A DNA stretch of 64,000 nt, from assembly GCF_030028105.1 (NCBI RefSeq), contig NC_092386.1, positions 24,899,721 through 24,963,720 of the forward strand, read 5' to 3'. Made by a program: the position numbers and the translations under genes. A model generated the notes under the pieces. The model did not search any database. It worked only from the letters and a program-made list of their open reading frames with translations, and was not told where the DNA came from. Origin of the DNA: Mobula birostris. Taxonomy: Eukaryota. How positions within the stretch are numbered: the first letter of the stretch is position 1; each line of letters starts with the position of its first letter. This document shows, in pieces, positions 1 to 12,728 of the stretch.

Positions 1-489
1 CTGCTGGCAGGCCTGACTGAGGGGTGAATATATTTCTTGGCAGTTCCATGGCTGCTTTTATTTCTGTTTTAATATTCCCTTGGAATGCCAAGGTTGCTCC
101 TTGGAGGTTCTAATGCAGCCAAGCGTGGAACACAAATTGGTTTTGGTGGAATTAACATCGGGAAGCCCCTGGAACTTGTTGACTAGATCTGTAGGTTGTT
201 GAAAGAACAGATGGTGGAAACTCTGTCCACAATACTTGTTAATTTTGTCCCAAACTATGGAGTGGGGGCTGGAGAAGAATTGGTGTAATGAAGGAGAGAG
301 GAATAAACTTGATAAGTAAAGTTAGTGCTAAGCTTTAAACATTAATCCAGGTTGTTGTCTTGATCCCTATGGGCTCTGATCCTGATCAGATCTCAGCTGT
401 CCTCCTCCTCTACACAGTCCTGGACCTAACTGTCAACCTGAAGCATCAGGTACCTATCAGGCCCATAACTGTTGGATCTCATAAAGACA

Positions 490-620
490 AGAGATTCTGG
501 AGATGGTGGAAATGCAGAACAATGCACACAAAATGCTGGAGGAACCTAGCAGGCCAGGCAGCATCTATGGAGAGGAATAAACAGGTGACATTTCAGACCG
601 AGACCCTTCATCAGAATCCT
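490..620 (-). mobile_element. Penelope-like element terminal fragment with degenerate hammerhead motif
   Basis: Matches the recurrent CACACAAAATGCTGGAGGAAC..CAGCAGGCCAGGCAGCATC..CCCTTCATCAG repeat, which is linked to GIY-YIG coding sequence at 7078-7595 and 55305-55901. Confidence 0.75.
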
Positions 621-1119
621 TCCCCGTTGATCTTCCATAAATGTTGAAGTTTGCAGTGGCAGACCCATGACTGAAAATCTTGCTCTAACTCCGTGCAACG
701 ATAAAAGTGGTGCTCCCACATCAAGACACTACAATCTCCGTGTCAAAATCAACAAAGTAATTCTTTCCCCTGGCAATGAAGTAAGGCAGAACATTCAACT
801 TTCTTGGCAATTAAGAGACCTGATAATTAAATCAGGATACTTTAATATGTATGAGTTTTGAGAATACTTATTCTGATTAAGGAGAAAAACAGCCAACATA
901 GCAGATCTTGTTCAGATAAATGAGTTTCATTTATTACTCTGAAATATTTCTTTTTTCTATTGCACAGGCATTCTGTCAAAGTCGATTACTTTGATTTGTG
1001 TAGGTTTTGGCAAAAGTAGCCTTCATTAAGATCACGAGACATGTAAACCGTAAAGATAAATAGCAGTTTAGGTCATTAGGCTTTTCAAGGATTCTATGCC
1101 ATTTAATAAGCTCATAGGT

Positions 1120-1500
1120 ACTAAATTGATTCCCGGTGAGAGACATTCATCTCTTGAGGAAAGGGATGAGCAGATTGAGCTGTACTCAATTGAACAGTTT
1201 AGTAGTGTGAGAGGTGATCTCATTAAATCACAAGAGATCCTGAGGAGAGGAGCTTGACAGGGGAGATGCTGTGAAGATGTTTCCCTTGGGGGTGGGGGGG
1301 GGATGTGCGGGAAGAGGCTGAACTAGAGATAAGAGATCTGCCATTTGGATTATTGAAGACTTGTGAATCTTTGCAATTCTCCTCAGAGAGCTGTGGAGGA
1401 CGAGCCACTAAGGTATTTTTGAGGAATCGAGGACTATAGGGATCAGGTGTAGAAGTAGAAAGGAGGTTAACAGTCTGGTTAGTTGTGATTTTAATGAATT
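1120..1500 (+). mobile_element. Old CR1 LINE 3' fragment
   Basis: Degenerate similarity to the CR1 ORF2 C-terminus (GAGAGGTGATCTCATT..., TTGCAATTCTCC..AGAGAGCTGTGGAGG). Confidence 0.55.
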
Positions 1501-1659
1501 GTACTGTCTCAAGAGGCCAGAGGGCCTATGTGTACGAATGATGCAGAAGGCCTCACTGTGCCATTCAGCACATTGTTCCATTCAGATTCCCAGGGGGACA
1601 ATCGGTCCCATTTCCTCTCTCCTATACTCTTGCCACTTACTCTCTCGTGTGTCCATCCT

Positions 1660-1870
1660 TTTATTTTGGCATTTCTCTACACTGGAGGATAATTTACAGT
1701 GGTCAATTAGTCTACGAGCATGGCTTTGTGAAGCGGGGATGGAGAGAAGAACCTAGAGGAAACCCATGCCATCGTGAAGTACCTGAACTCAAAATGGAAT
1801 CTGAGGGCCTGAGGCTTATGGAACCAGCAGTAAATCATTTTGCTCTCTGTCCTACCACATCTCCACCGTT
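1660..1870 (-). mobile_element. Degenerate V-SINE-like element
   Basis: AATTTACAGTGGTCAATTA...GAGAGAAGAACCTAGAGGAAACCCA resembles the reverse complement of the SINE at 57478-57720. Confidence 0.5.
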
Positions 1871-3159
1871 GCGTCCCATCCACAGAGTTCCTATCTTTTA
1901 CTAATTGAGAGCCTATGAACCTCCACTTTATTTCTGCCCTAATTAATAGACTACCTAACCAACAAAACAGGTAGAGTACCTGGGTGGTTTATGGATGGGT
2001 TTCAAATGTTTTTCACGGCAAATCATATGGTCAAAGAAAGTGCGGGAATTCACTAGCATACAACTCATAGCACTGAACTATGCCTGTGGTCAAAAGACCG
2101 TCCCACTAAAGCACAGGCTGAAGGTGAGGAATCCACACATCGGTTGTACCGGCCCTCGCTATGTCACAGAACTTTGCCCTCCAGTCTTTATCTGATCATT
2201 TATTACCAATGCAATTCCTGTCCAACCCTCTCAGTTATTACTTTTACTGCATTGATTGGATGGGGGAACTGCTGGCAAGGTCAGCGCGTTGCGTTCCTCT
2301 CTAACTGCCCTTTAAAAGATAGACCTGGCACTCTCTCTTCAGCTGATGCTCAATGCCCGATGGCAAAACTATGTGGAAATGCTGTTGGTGAGTCCGTGGG
2401 GTGTGACCCAGACATCAGGATGCAAAGAGTTACACAGTTGCTTGGCATGGTGTATACAGTAACTTGGAGAGGAAAATAGATAGTGGACCTGATAGAGGAA
2501 GCGGCTGTGGATTTGGGTGTGCTGTCAGAGAAGTTTTAATTAATAGCTGCTTTCCATTTTGTGCATACTCTAACCGTAGGGTGAAATGAGGAAGTGAGTG
2601 AACATTTAGAGGAGGGGACGCTAATTAAACCGACTGCTTAATCCACGCTGGTGGGAAATAGTCTATAGTACTCCTTACTTATAACGTTTTGATTCTGGAG
2701 CAGCATCGTAGTCAAAAAGTGACTCAGTTGTCATAGATTCCCATCTCTGAAGTGGCCTGGCAGTTGTATTTAGTTTCTGTTCAATAGTGGCCACTGGGAT
2801 ATTAATAGTGGGGTGTTCAGCGAGGATGAGGGAATTCAGGGATGTGATGCTGTTGAATGTGATGAGGCAGGATGCCACCGACATCATTCATGGGCATTCA
2901 CTTCATGGTGTTCCTCACATCACTTTGCCGAGGCAACTTCAAACACAGAACCTCTGCTACAGTCACATGATCCATTGTCTTCACTAGCAGTTAGCAATTC
3001 AACCTAATTTTCACTGGTGTTAGCCACTCATGACTTCTGCTGGAGCATGCAGCCAATAAGCAGTATTATCTTAACTAGTAGGTTTCTTAGAGTTGGTATT
3101 ATTCTTAAATGTATCTTAAATCTTCTGCCTGTTTTCAAAAACAGTCAAGTTTAACTTAG

Positions 3160-3510
3160 CCATTCTGGCTCCCCTCTTATCTCTTCTTCTATAACTTCCC
3201 TCTGGTGCCCCTTCTCCTTCCCTTTGTCCCTCTTCTCCTGACAGGTTCCTTCTTCTTCAGCCCTTTACCTTTTCCATCTATCAGCTCCCAGCTTCTCACT
3301 TTATCCTCTCCCCCATCCACCTGCCTTCCCCCCGCACATGGTTTCACCCATTCCCTTCTAGTTTGTACCGCTTCTCCTGCCCCCACCTTCTTATTCAGTT
3401 ACATTTCCCCTTCATTTCTAGTTCTGATGAAGGGTCACGGCCCAAAATGTCGACTCTTAGTTTCTTTCCATACCATAGCTGCAGCTGAGTTCTCCCAGCA
3501 CTGTCCTCAC
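3160..3510 (+). mobile_element. Penelope-like element 3' UTR/terminal fragment
   Basis: Pyrimidine-rich tract followed by CTGATGAAGGGTCACGGCCCAAAATGTCGACT and GCTGAGTTCTCCCAGCA. Confidence 0.75.
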
Positions 3511-4289
3511 TGTCCGGTTTGTGTCGAGGTTGTTTAAATCACATCTCTCACTATTAGACTCTTAAAGCAATGGTGAAGTCTTTTGATAAGTTACTTAGAA
3601 TATGCTCTAGATCAGGGGCTCCCAAACTTTCTTTATGCCATGGAGCCTTACCATTAACCGTGGGATTCATGGACCGCAGGTTGGGAACGCCTGTTCTAGA
3701 TTGTCTTGCATAGGGGTGGCATGTACTCATCATTGGACAACTTAAGTGAATAGCTTGGCTCTCTCCTGTGGAAGCATAAATCAATGTACTCTTTTAAATT
3801 CCTTGCCCTTCTCTACAGGATCTTTGGGAAAGAAGCAATTTTGTTTCCTACCCTTGTTCCAGCTACTCCCCAGGGTAGCAGCACAGCTTTGAGGACAGTT
3901 GGCAGCTTTTGATGGCTGCTGTCACCAAACACTCTGCCTCATCTCTCAAACCATGTAGGTGAAGCCAAGAGCACTGTGGACTTCATACTGGTTCCAATGA
4001 ATTCAGAAAAATTACAGACTCTCAGTCAGGTGTACTGTTCACAGCGCTTTGACCCTAGAACAGGAAAAGAAGAAAGCAAATTGATGTCTGTGGGTGAAAT
4101 TCAATATGAGCATATTTCCATAGGTAACATGTACTGCTTGGATGAAAGTCAAATGAAGTTGATTTGATATTATCGTCTTGCCTGCAGTTCAAACTCAATT
4201 CAAATTGCTATTTCTGGTGGCTTGTTAGAATTCTGAATTTTGATTTTGCATCATTGATTAATTCACACTGAGCTTGAATTAAAATATTC

Positions 4290-4560
4290 CTGGAACAGAA
4301 ATTTTATCACAATGAACACCACCGTGTCTTTGCAGGCACAGCATGACCCTGTCATGCTCCTGGGAACAGGAATAAATGGATAGAGCAGATGAATTTGTGG
4401 CTGCAGAAATGAGGGATGGAGATTCCTGAGGAATCGGGACTGTTTCTGGAAAAGATGGGTCCTCCGCAAGTTATGAGTTACATCTCAACAGGAGTGGGAG
4501 GAATATCCTTTTGGGGTGTTTTTGGCTATTGCAGTTGAAGAGGTTTAAGCTCGTTTGGTA
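4290..4560 (+). mobile_element. CR1 ORF1 (esterase-like region) remnant
   Basis: Degenerate GGATGGAGATTCCTGAGGAATCGGGAC...TTACATCTCAAC, typical of the CR1 ORF1 end. Confidence 0.4.
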
Positions 4561-4629
4561 GGGGATCCTCAGGGTGGAATGAAGGTAAATGGTAAGCTGG
4601 AAGTAAAAGGCTTACGTTTCAGGATATTT

Positions 4630-7077
4630 AGAACATTGAATATAGAACATAGAACCCAAAGAATACAGTGCAGGAACAGGCCATTCAGCCCACAATGTTG
4701 TGCTGAACCAACAAAAAAGCAAATCAAAAACACCCAAACAGTAATCTCTTCTACCTACACCATATCCATATCCCTCCATCTTCCTCACATCCATGTGCCT
4801 ATCTAAATGTCTCTTAAAAGCCTTTAATGGATTTGCCTCTACCTCCAGTTTAGGCAGCACATTCCAGGCATACACAACTTTCTGAGTAAAAAACTTACCC
4901 CTCACATCCACCATGAAACTACCCCCTCTCATCTTCTGATATCAGACATTTCAACCCTGGGAAAACAGATACTCTCTGTCCACTCCATCTGTGCCTCTCA
5001 TACTCTTGTAAACCTTTATCAGATATTCCCTCAGCCTCCGATGCTCCAGAGAAAACCCAAGTTTATCCAGCCTTTTGTGACAGCACACACCCTCTAAACC
5101 AGGCAGCATCCTGCACCTTCTCCAAAGCCTCAACGTCCTTCCTATAGTGCGGCAACCAGAACTGTATGCAAAACTCCAGAAGAGTTTCATAAAATTGTAA
5201 CATGACTTCCTGACTTTTGAACTCAGTGCCTCGGCTAATAAAAGCGAGCATTTCTAAGCCTATTTAACCACTTTATTGACAGTACCCACCTTCAAGGAGC
5301 TATGAACTTGGATCCCAAGATCTCTCTGCTCAGCAACACTGATAAGGACATAGAAACATAGAAAACCTACAGCACAATATAGGCCCTTCGGCCCACAAAG
5401 CTGTGCCGAACATATCCTTACCTTAGAAATTACCTAGGGTTACCCATATCCCTCTATTTTTCTAAGCCCCAAGGTCCTTGCCCTTAACAGTGTACTGTCT
5501 CCTTGCATTTGCCCTACTGAGGTGCAACAGCTCACATCTATCTGGGTTAAACTCCATCCGCCATTTCTCAGCCCAAATCTGGAACACATCTATATTGTGC
5601 TGTATTTTTTGCCAGTCTTCTACACCATCCACAACTCCACCAACCTTGGTATTATCCGCAGATTTACTAACCCACATATCTATGTTTTCATCCAGATTAT
5701 TTCAATACCTTGCAGACAGCAGCGGTCCTGGCACACATCTCTGGGAAACTCCACAAATTACAGACTTCCAACTCGAATAAGTTCCTTTAGCCATTACCCT
5801 CTGTCTTCTATGTGCAAGCCAGTTCTGAATCGAAGCCGCCAATTTACCGCAGATCCCATGCATCTTAAACTTCTGCATTAGACACCCATGAGGGATTTTG
5901 TCCAACACCTTACTAAAATCCATGTACACAACATCCACTGCTCTACCCTCATCAATCTCTCTCATCATCTTGTCAAAAAACTCAGTCAAGTTGGTAAGAC
6001 ATGACTAGCCACGCACAAAACTATGCTGGATCTCCTTAATTAGCCCATGGGTTTCCAAATGCTCATATATCCTATCCCTAAGAATTTTCTCCAGCAATTT
6101 CCCTACAACCAATGTGAGACTTACCGGTCTACAGTTCCCAGGGTTTTCCCTTGTTCCTTTCTTAAACAGAGGCAAAACATTAGCCACTCGCCAGTCTCCT
6201 TGGACTTTGCCTATGGCGAGAGAGGGCACGAAGAAACTGGTCTAGGACCCAGCAATTGTGTCTCTTGCCTCCTTCAATAACTTGGGGTAAACCCCATTAG
6301 GCCTTGGCGTCTTATCCACTTTAGTACTCATTAGGAGGACCAACCCTTCCTCCTCCTTGACTCTAAACACCCTAGCGTATTTATACAATCAGTATTGATC
6401 TCCTGGTCCACCATATCCATTTCCTCGGTAAATACTGAAGCAAAGTACTCTTTAATTACCTCACTCACATACTCTGCATCCAAACAAATGTTTCTCCTTT
6501 AGAGTGGTCCTACCATCTCCCTAGTTATCCTCTTACTCTTGATGTATGTAATGCATGTCTTGGGATTCATCTTGATCTTACTTGCCAAGTATGCTTCATG
6601 GCCCCTCTGGCTTTCCTAATTCCCTTTTTAGTTCTTTTATGGCTTCTTTATACTCCTCATGTGCTTCATTTGATCCTAACTTCTGAAACTTTACATACTT
6701 TCCCTTTTTCTTCTTGACTAAATTCTTCACCTCTCTGGATATCTGAGGGTCACTTGTCTTTTCATCCCTGTCCTTCCTTCTAACAGGAATATATCTTTCT
6801 GTGCAATTGATCTTCAAACACCCTCCACATGTCTGATGTGGACTTGCCAGAGAAAAGGTAGTCCCAATTAACACTTTTTATTTCCTGCATAATGTCCTTG
6901 TAATTTGCCCTATTCCAATTTAAAACTCTCCCACAAGAACTATACCTATCCTTATCTATAGTATCCTGAAAGTTAACCCATGGCCTAATTAGGGAGAGCC
7001 AGCATGGAGTTGTGGTCACTGTTCACCTGTCCAGGCTCATTATCCAACTCTAGGTCCAGTATAGTCCCTCCTCTTAC
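4630..7077 (-). mobile_element. CR1 LINE ORF2 (RT) pseudogene with 3' tail; nested CR1 tail at ~5349-5467
   Basis: Fragmented ORFs VDVVYMDFSKVLDKIPHG, SKSADNTKVGG, WRVANVLPLFKKG, QFWLPHYRKD; tail (CATAGAA)n at ~4630-4655. Confidence 0.93.
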
Positions 7078-7595
7078 AACATGCTGGAGGAACTCAGCAG
7101 GTCGGGCAGCATCCATGGAAACGATCAGTCAACATTTTGGGCCGGAAGTCTTCATCAGGACTGTAGAGGGAAGGGGCAAAGGCCCTATAAAGAAGATGGG
7201 GGGAGGGTGGGAAGGAGAAGGCTGGTAGGTTCCAGGTGAAAAACCAGTAAGGGGAAAGATAAAGGGGTGGGGGAGGGGAAGCAGGGAGGGGATAGGCAGG
7301 AAAGGTGAAGAAGGAATAGGGGAAACACAATGGGTAGTAGAAGGAGGCAGAACCATGAGGGAGGTGCTAGGCAGCTGGGGGGAGGGGGCAGAGTGAAATA
7401 GGGATGGGGAAGGGAGGGGGAGGGAATTGCCGGAAGTTGGAGAATTCTATGTTCATACCAAGGGGCTGGAGACTACCTAGACGGTATATGAGGTGTTGCT
7501 CCTCCATCCTGAATTTAGCCTCATCATGGCAGTAGAGGAGGCCATGTATGGACATATCCGAATGGGAATGGGAAGCCGAATTGAAGTGGTTGGGA
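7078..7595 (-). mobile_element. Penelope-like element 3' fragment (GIY-YIG C-terminus, 3' UTR, hammerhead motif at 7126-7163)
   Basis: ORF segment HFNSASHSHSDMSIHGLLYCHDEAKFRMEEQHLIYRLGSLQPLGMNIEFSNFR; closely similar to 55305-55901. Confidence 0.88.
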
Positions 7596-7744
7596 TCACT
7601 GCCATGGTCAGGATGATATTGGCTCAGAAGTTGAAATACGAGTGCTTGAATCACTGAGGCATAGAAGGTTATGGATGAAGTAAAGATGGGCACTTGATGG
7701 TTTTTTTGTGCTGTGTAAATCTATGGCCACAAATCTATCTAGAA

Positions 7745-7878
7745 ACAAGAGAAAACCTTCAGATGCTGGAAATCCAAGCAACACGCACAAAATGCTGGAG
7801 GAACTCAGCAGGCCAGGCAGCATCAATGGAAAAGAGTAAACAGTCAACATTTCAGGCCGAGACGCTTCATCAGGACTC
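7745..7878 (-). mobile_element. Penelope-like terminal fragment with hammerhead core (7841-7878)
   Basis: Reverse complement reads GAGTC CTGATGA AGCGTCTCGGCCT GAAA TGTT GACTG. Confidence 0.8.
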
Positions 7879-7890
7879 AGCCTCAAATTC

Positions 7891-8136
7891 AAAAAGGGGG
7901 AGTCCTGATGATGTGTATTGAATATTGCAGTAATATTTGAGTAATGTTGTAAATATCTTGTTTGATTAATCATCCTTTGTTATTTAAACAATTAATCACG
8001 GGTTATATGTAAAAGTACATGCATAGCGAATGTCATCGCGACTCCATGTCATAAGTGCGCGCTTCGCTGAAAGTAAAAATTAACACACGCGTTATCTCCC
8101 AGCTCTCTTTATGTTTAGGCGTTAAAAATGCTAACA
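7891..8136 (+). mobile_element. Gypsy 3' LTR with preceding polypurine tract
   Basis: AAAAAGGGGGAG then TG...TAACA; homologous to the LTR at 51585-51827 (TTTGAGTAA..GTAAATAT.TTGTTTGATTAA). Confidence 0.75.
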
Positions 8137-8754
8137 CTTTCCTGATGTGTGCGGGCTCATATTTCTGGGATCGCCCTTGTAAATCTCCAGATTTGATTTG
8201 GGATTACCACATCTTTTCAATTCTCTCTTTAGAAATAAACCTTAGTTTGCTTTTTCTCTGGCCTTGGCAACCCGTAGTGCAACCTCTTGTAATAGTGAAA
8301 TGTAACATTTCCTCTTGCAAGCTGCGATGTTTGCAGCAAGGGCATGTGTCAGATTCCATTTATAAATATTACCAACAGAGCAACTTCATTGGGTTAGGCA
8401 TCGAAAGACCCAGCATGGGAAATTTAATATTCACTCGCAAATACCATGCTGTCATAGCAACGGGAAATCACTGTTAGCTAATGAAAATTGCCCCAAGATT
8501 GTTATCATTTTTCAATGACTTTAGTAAGGCTGAGTTCTGAGCCTGTGTGTCTCTTCTCACAGATTTTAATAGGTAGGAGGCCTGCAGGCTTGTGGAAATC
8601 CCATATGTCTCCTGGGAAATCTATTGTGCACACATGAATAATGCATCATCTCTGCTGGTGCTGCATGAAGATTTCCCAGTGCCTGCACATGATAAACTAC
8701 AGTATAAGGAGTCTCCGCTAGCTGTGACTTCATGGGTGGGAGTGCTTATCCAGC

Positions 8755-9080
8755 CTCCAGTCTCTTTTCTCTGTCCCAATCTAGAATATTGGACAGGGAT
8801 CGGAAGTCCGACTGTGAAAGCCTGTCACAGGAGGCAGGCGGCCTGTCCTGGGGTGGGAGGTCTGCCCACGTGTGTGGGTGGGGAGGGGAAAGGGCCCTTG
8901 CTGCTTGCTGTGTTCTGTGCTGCCCTGCCGAGCACCATGTCGGCACCAGAATGTGTGGTGACACTCGCGGGCTGCCCCCACCTCATCCTTAGGTTGTGTG
9001 GCTTGGTAACGCACACGGCGTGTTTCACTGTGTGCGTTGATGTGCACGCGATAGATGACTATTAACCTGAACTCAAATCT
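8755..9080 (+). mobile_element. Non-autonomous retroelement 3' portion
   Basis: Homologous (inverted) to 63790-64000: GCGGGCTGCCC..CCTTAGGTTGTGT..TTTCACTGTGTG..GATGTGCAC. Confidence 0.6.
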
Positions 9081-9739
9081 GACGGGTGCCGAGACGGGAG
9101 GACTTTCTCGGTGAGCTTTGTTTCCACCCATATGAATGCTGAGCGTTTATCAGTCTGAGCTAACGACTTCAAAAGCCACTGCTCTTTTTTTTTCCTTCTG
9201 CAGTTTGACAACTTTCTACAATAGAAATAACCTACAATTCTCACCATGAACTGAACCTGCCAACAGCCAGATTGTGATCACCACATCATTACTACTGCTG
9301 GCAGCCAAGCCAGTAGGCCTTGCACCTTTCCGTGAGACAGCCTTCTGTTCCCCCTCTCAAACTAATCAGCTAAAATCAGCACTGAAAGATTAAATGTGAT
9401 AAATCCCTGGTGCTGCCAAGCAGTGGTCCAGCATATTGTCCCAGAAACAATGAAATAGCGTTGGAGTAGTCAGCACTTGCCTGGCCTGAGCCAATTCCAG
9501 TATGGCACAGGTGCTGTTTAGGATAAGATTTCTAATTCATTCATCAAAGCACTGAGGATAGATGCATTGTTTATGGATCAGTGCCATTGACTGAAAATGC
9601 AAATGTCAAACTAAAAAATAGCAAGGGTGGCCAGCTTCAAAGAAAGAGAAATTATGTGATGAAAATCCCCACTTCCATCTCTCCCAAGCTTGGATAATTG
9701 CATTAGTGATGAAGAACAGCATGACATAAGCCTCCTTCA

Positions 9740-10440
9740 TTGCCTTCTCTACTATGATTCAACATTAAGGGAACTATGCATCTGCTCGCCAAGGTCCCTC
9801 TGTTGTACAACATAACCCAGGGCCCTACTGTAATATAAAAGTCCTACCTTGATTTTTCCTTCCAAAATGTAGCACTTCTGTCAGGAACAGTTCGGACCAG
9901 TGCAGGGCATCAGAGAGCTTCAGGCCCTGGGGCTCTGATGCACCTGAACATTATTGATTTGTTTTAACTAGAACTCACGACCGGTTTAGTTGTTAAGTTT
10001 TCCTTGAGTTTATTTTACCACTTGCTTTTTGAATGTGGGTTCTTGCTTTCTGAATGTGCATTCCTCATTCATCCTGTTTTGAGTTTGTTGAGTTTTGGTT
10101 TTGATATGCACTGGGCTCCCATGCTATATGCACTATTTAAGTTCGTCGCTATTGGTGTTCAGGGCTGAGTCCTCAGTTTGGGTTCCGAGTGAACTAATAT
10201 TCTGTGTATTCTAGCCCACTCAAGTAAGTACACTCAGGGCCATTTGTTATTTCTCCGTTACGTTCTTCAAGTAAATCTTTGTCATTAGTTTGCACCTTCG
10301 AATCTCGAATTTACTCCACACCTAGGTTTGTTTTCCTGAAGATCTCGTTACAGCTTCACACATCCGAACTAAATTCCACTTTCCATTCTTCAGCCCACCT
10401 ACCCAGATGATCAAGACCTCTCTGTAATTCTTGATACTCT
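9740..10440 (-). mobile_element. CR1 RT fragment interrupted by a solo LTR
   Basis: CCAAGGTCCCTCTGTT..TCCAAAATGTAGCACTTC | CACACATCCGAACTAAATTCCA; collinear across the insertion. Confidence 0.6.
9879..10352 (+). mobile_element. Solo LTR (~474 bp)
   Basis: Termini TGTCAGGA...TCGTTACA; 5-bp TSD ACTTC/GCTTC; TATTTAA and AGTAAA signals inside. Confidence 0.75.
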
Positions 10441-10479
10441 ATGACATCGCCCATTTTCTTTACATACCCTCATCCAACT

Positions 10480-10680
10480 CTAAGTTCAAAGTTCATTTTC
10501 TTACAGCCATTCATAGTCGAACATTCAATGTGCAAAAGAAGACAAACTGTGCAAATATAAAAAGAAATAAGCAAATAAATAATACTGAAGAATCCTTGAA
10601 AGTGAGCCCATAGGTTGTGGAATCAGTTCAGAGTAGAGGTGAGTGAAGTTATCTGTGCTGGTTCGGGAGCCTGATATTAG
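10480..10680 (-). mobile_element. Rex1/Babar-like LINE 3' UTR fragment
   Basis: AAGTTCAAAGT tail and CCTTGAAAGTGAG.CCATAGGTTGTGGAATCAGTTCAG, shared with other copies. Confidence 0.65.
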
Positions 10681-11134
10681 AAAGGATTGGTGCTGAACTT
10701 CAGGACCTGAGCTGGGGATTGTAACTTCGAGGATTGACAATGGGCAGACAATGACTAAAACGTAAAGAGCATATGAATGGTGCACAACAATTGTTCATTC
10801 TGGTCTAGCACAAAAGAAAACTGGGAAAGGCGGCTCATCTCTGGATAACAAAAGAAATTAGATACAGTATTAGATTCAATGGTGGGAAGAAGTAGCAACC
10901 CTGAGCAATGGGAGCAGTTTAGAATTCAGTAATGGTGGGCAGAGGAATTGATTAAGAAGAGGAAAATAAAATACGAGGTTGAGTTTGCAGATAATATAAA
11001 ACTTATGCAGTAACAAAACACTTACCATAAGACATAGGAGTAGGATTAGGCCATTTGATCCATCAAATCTGCTATTATCCTTCTCAACTCCATTCTCCTG
11101 CCATCTGCCCTTAATCTTTGAATGAATAGACATC

Positions 11135-11428
11135 TGTTAGCCTCATGAGACCATGGATTTGCACCTTGGAAGGTTTCCAAGGCGCAGGCCTGGGCAAGAT
11201 TGTATGGAAGACCAGCAGTTGCCCATGCTGCAAGTCTCCCCCTCCATGCCACCGATGTTGTCCAAGGGAAGGGCACTAGGGCCGATACAGCTTGGCACCA
11301 GTGTCGTCGCAGAGCAATGTGTCGTTACGTGCCTTGCTCAAGGACACAACACATTGCCTCTGCTGAGGCTCGAACTAGCGACCTTCAGATCACTAGACCA
11401 ACACCTTAACCATTTGGCCACGCGCCAA
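11135..11428 (-). mobile_element. tRNA-derived CORE-type SINE with RTE-related 3' domain
   Basis: Minus strand: A box TGGCCAAATGG, B box AGTTCGAGCC, CORE-like TGTGTCCTTGAGCAAGGCAC; 3' part similar to 21750-21870. Confidence 0.75.
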
Positions 11429-11849
11429 CACTTTGACACCCATACGAATCAAGAAACTATCAAACTCCATTTTAAATATACTCAATGACTTGACCTTCAC
11501 AGCCACCTGTGGCAATGAATTCCAAAGATTCACTACTTTGTCTGAAGAAATTCCTCCTCACCTCTATTCTAAATGGATGCGCTTCTAGTCTGAGGCTGTG
11601 CCCTCTGGTCCCAGACTCCCCCACTATAAGAAACATTTCCCCCACATCCACTCTTTCCAGACCTTTCAATATTTGATAGGTTTCAATGAGGTCCTCCCTC
11701 AATTTCCTAAACTCCAGTGGGCACAAGCACACATCTATCAAATGCTCCTCATACATTAACCCTTTTATTTCCAAAATAATTCTCTTGAACCTCTTTTGAA
11801 CCATCTCGGTTGCCAGCACATCATTTCCTAGATAAGGGGCCCAAAACTT

Positions 11850-12728
11850 CAAAGGCTCGATGGTTCAATTTAATATCGGAGAATGTATACAGTATACAAC
11901 TTGACATTCTTACTCTTCGCAGACATCAACAAAACAGAAGAAACCCCCAAAAAATGAATGACAGGAACACATTAGAACCCCAAAGCCCCCGTCTCCTTCC
12001 CCCACACAAGCTGCAGCAAAACATCACCCCTCCCTCTTCCTCTCCCCCCCACTTGTTCCAGCAGGAAGCATCAGCGTCCACCACGCATCAATCAAGCAAT
12101 AGCAAAGCTCCCAAAGACAAACCATGATCTGCAGTCCAACAGAAAACATTATTCACTCAACAGTTCAACATGCTACAGGCACTCTCTGTCTCACTAACAC
12201 GGGTCAGAGAGGAGTTGCTCTTTCCACAGTGAGAGGGGAGATCAACAAACAGCTCGCTGTTATGATGTTACAGTCTGCAGCGTTGCATTCATTCTGAGTT
12301 TCTCTGATCTGAGGATTGGCAACAAACTCCCTCCTCCCACCATCAAGAGGTGGTTGGGAAGGGGAGAGAGATGGCTCTAGTGCAGAGGACTCCGACGGCC
12401 ACACCCGCTCTCACGGTGTTCCGTTCTCCCGCAACGCCTCAGTTGGTGACACCAGTGAGGAATCAAGTCCACAGGTCTGGAGAGCCACACCCTGAAGGCG
12501 CCCGTCTTCTAAGCAGTTCCTAGAGGTACTGAAAACGGCCGGTCGCCGTGCTCTGGAAGTGGAACCCATTGCCGTGAAGAATGGCAGTTTGGGTGCAGAT
12601 GTCGATCACTGAATACGGTACACCACCAGCCCCCTTGAAAAGGAAAAAAAAGAGACATTGAAGAGCGGAATTTAAGCTGTTTTGCAGATGATCTCAATGG
12701 AGTCGCCTTCTGGTGCCATCTTAAATCC
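11850..12728 (-). mobile_element. Non-autonomous LINE-derived element nested in CR1
   Basis: Interrupts CR1 between GGGGCCCAAAACT and CTATTATATTCCCAATG; 5' end AAGATGGCACCAG; LINE-like 3' tail. Confidence 0.6.

Noticed and set aside
8055-9131. 140- and 157-aa ORFs as host genes
   Set aside because: No recognisable domain; they start at GTG and overlap LTR or retroelement sequence.
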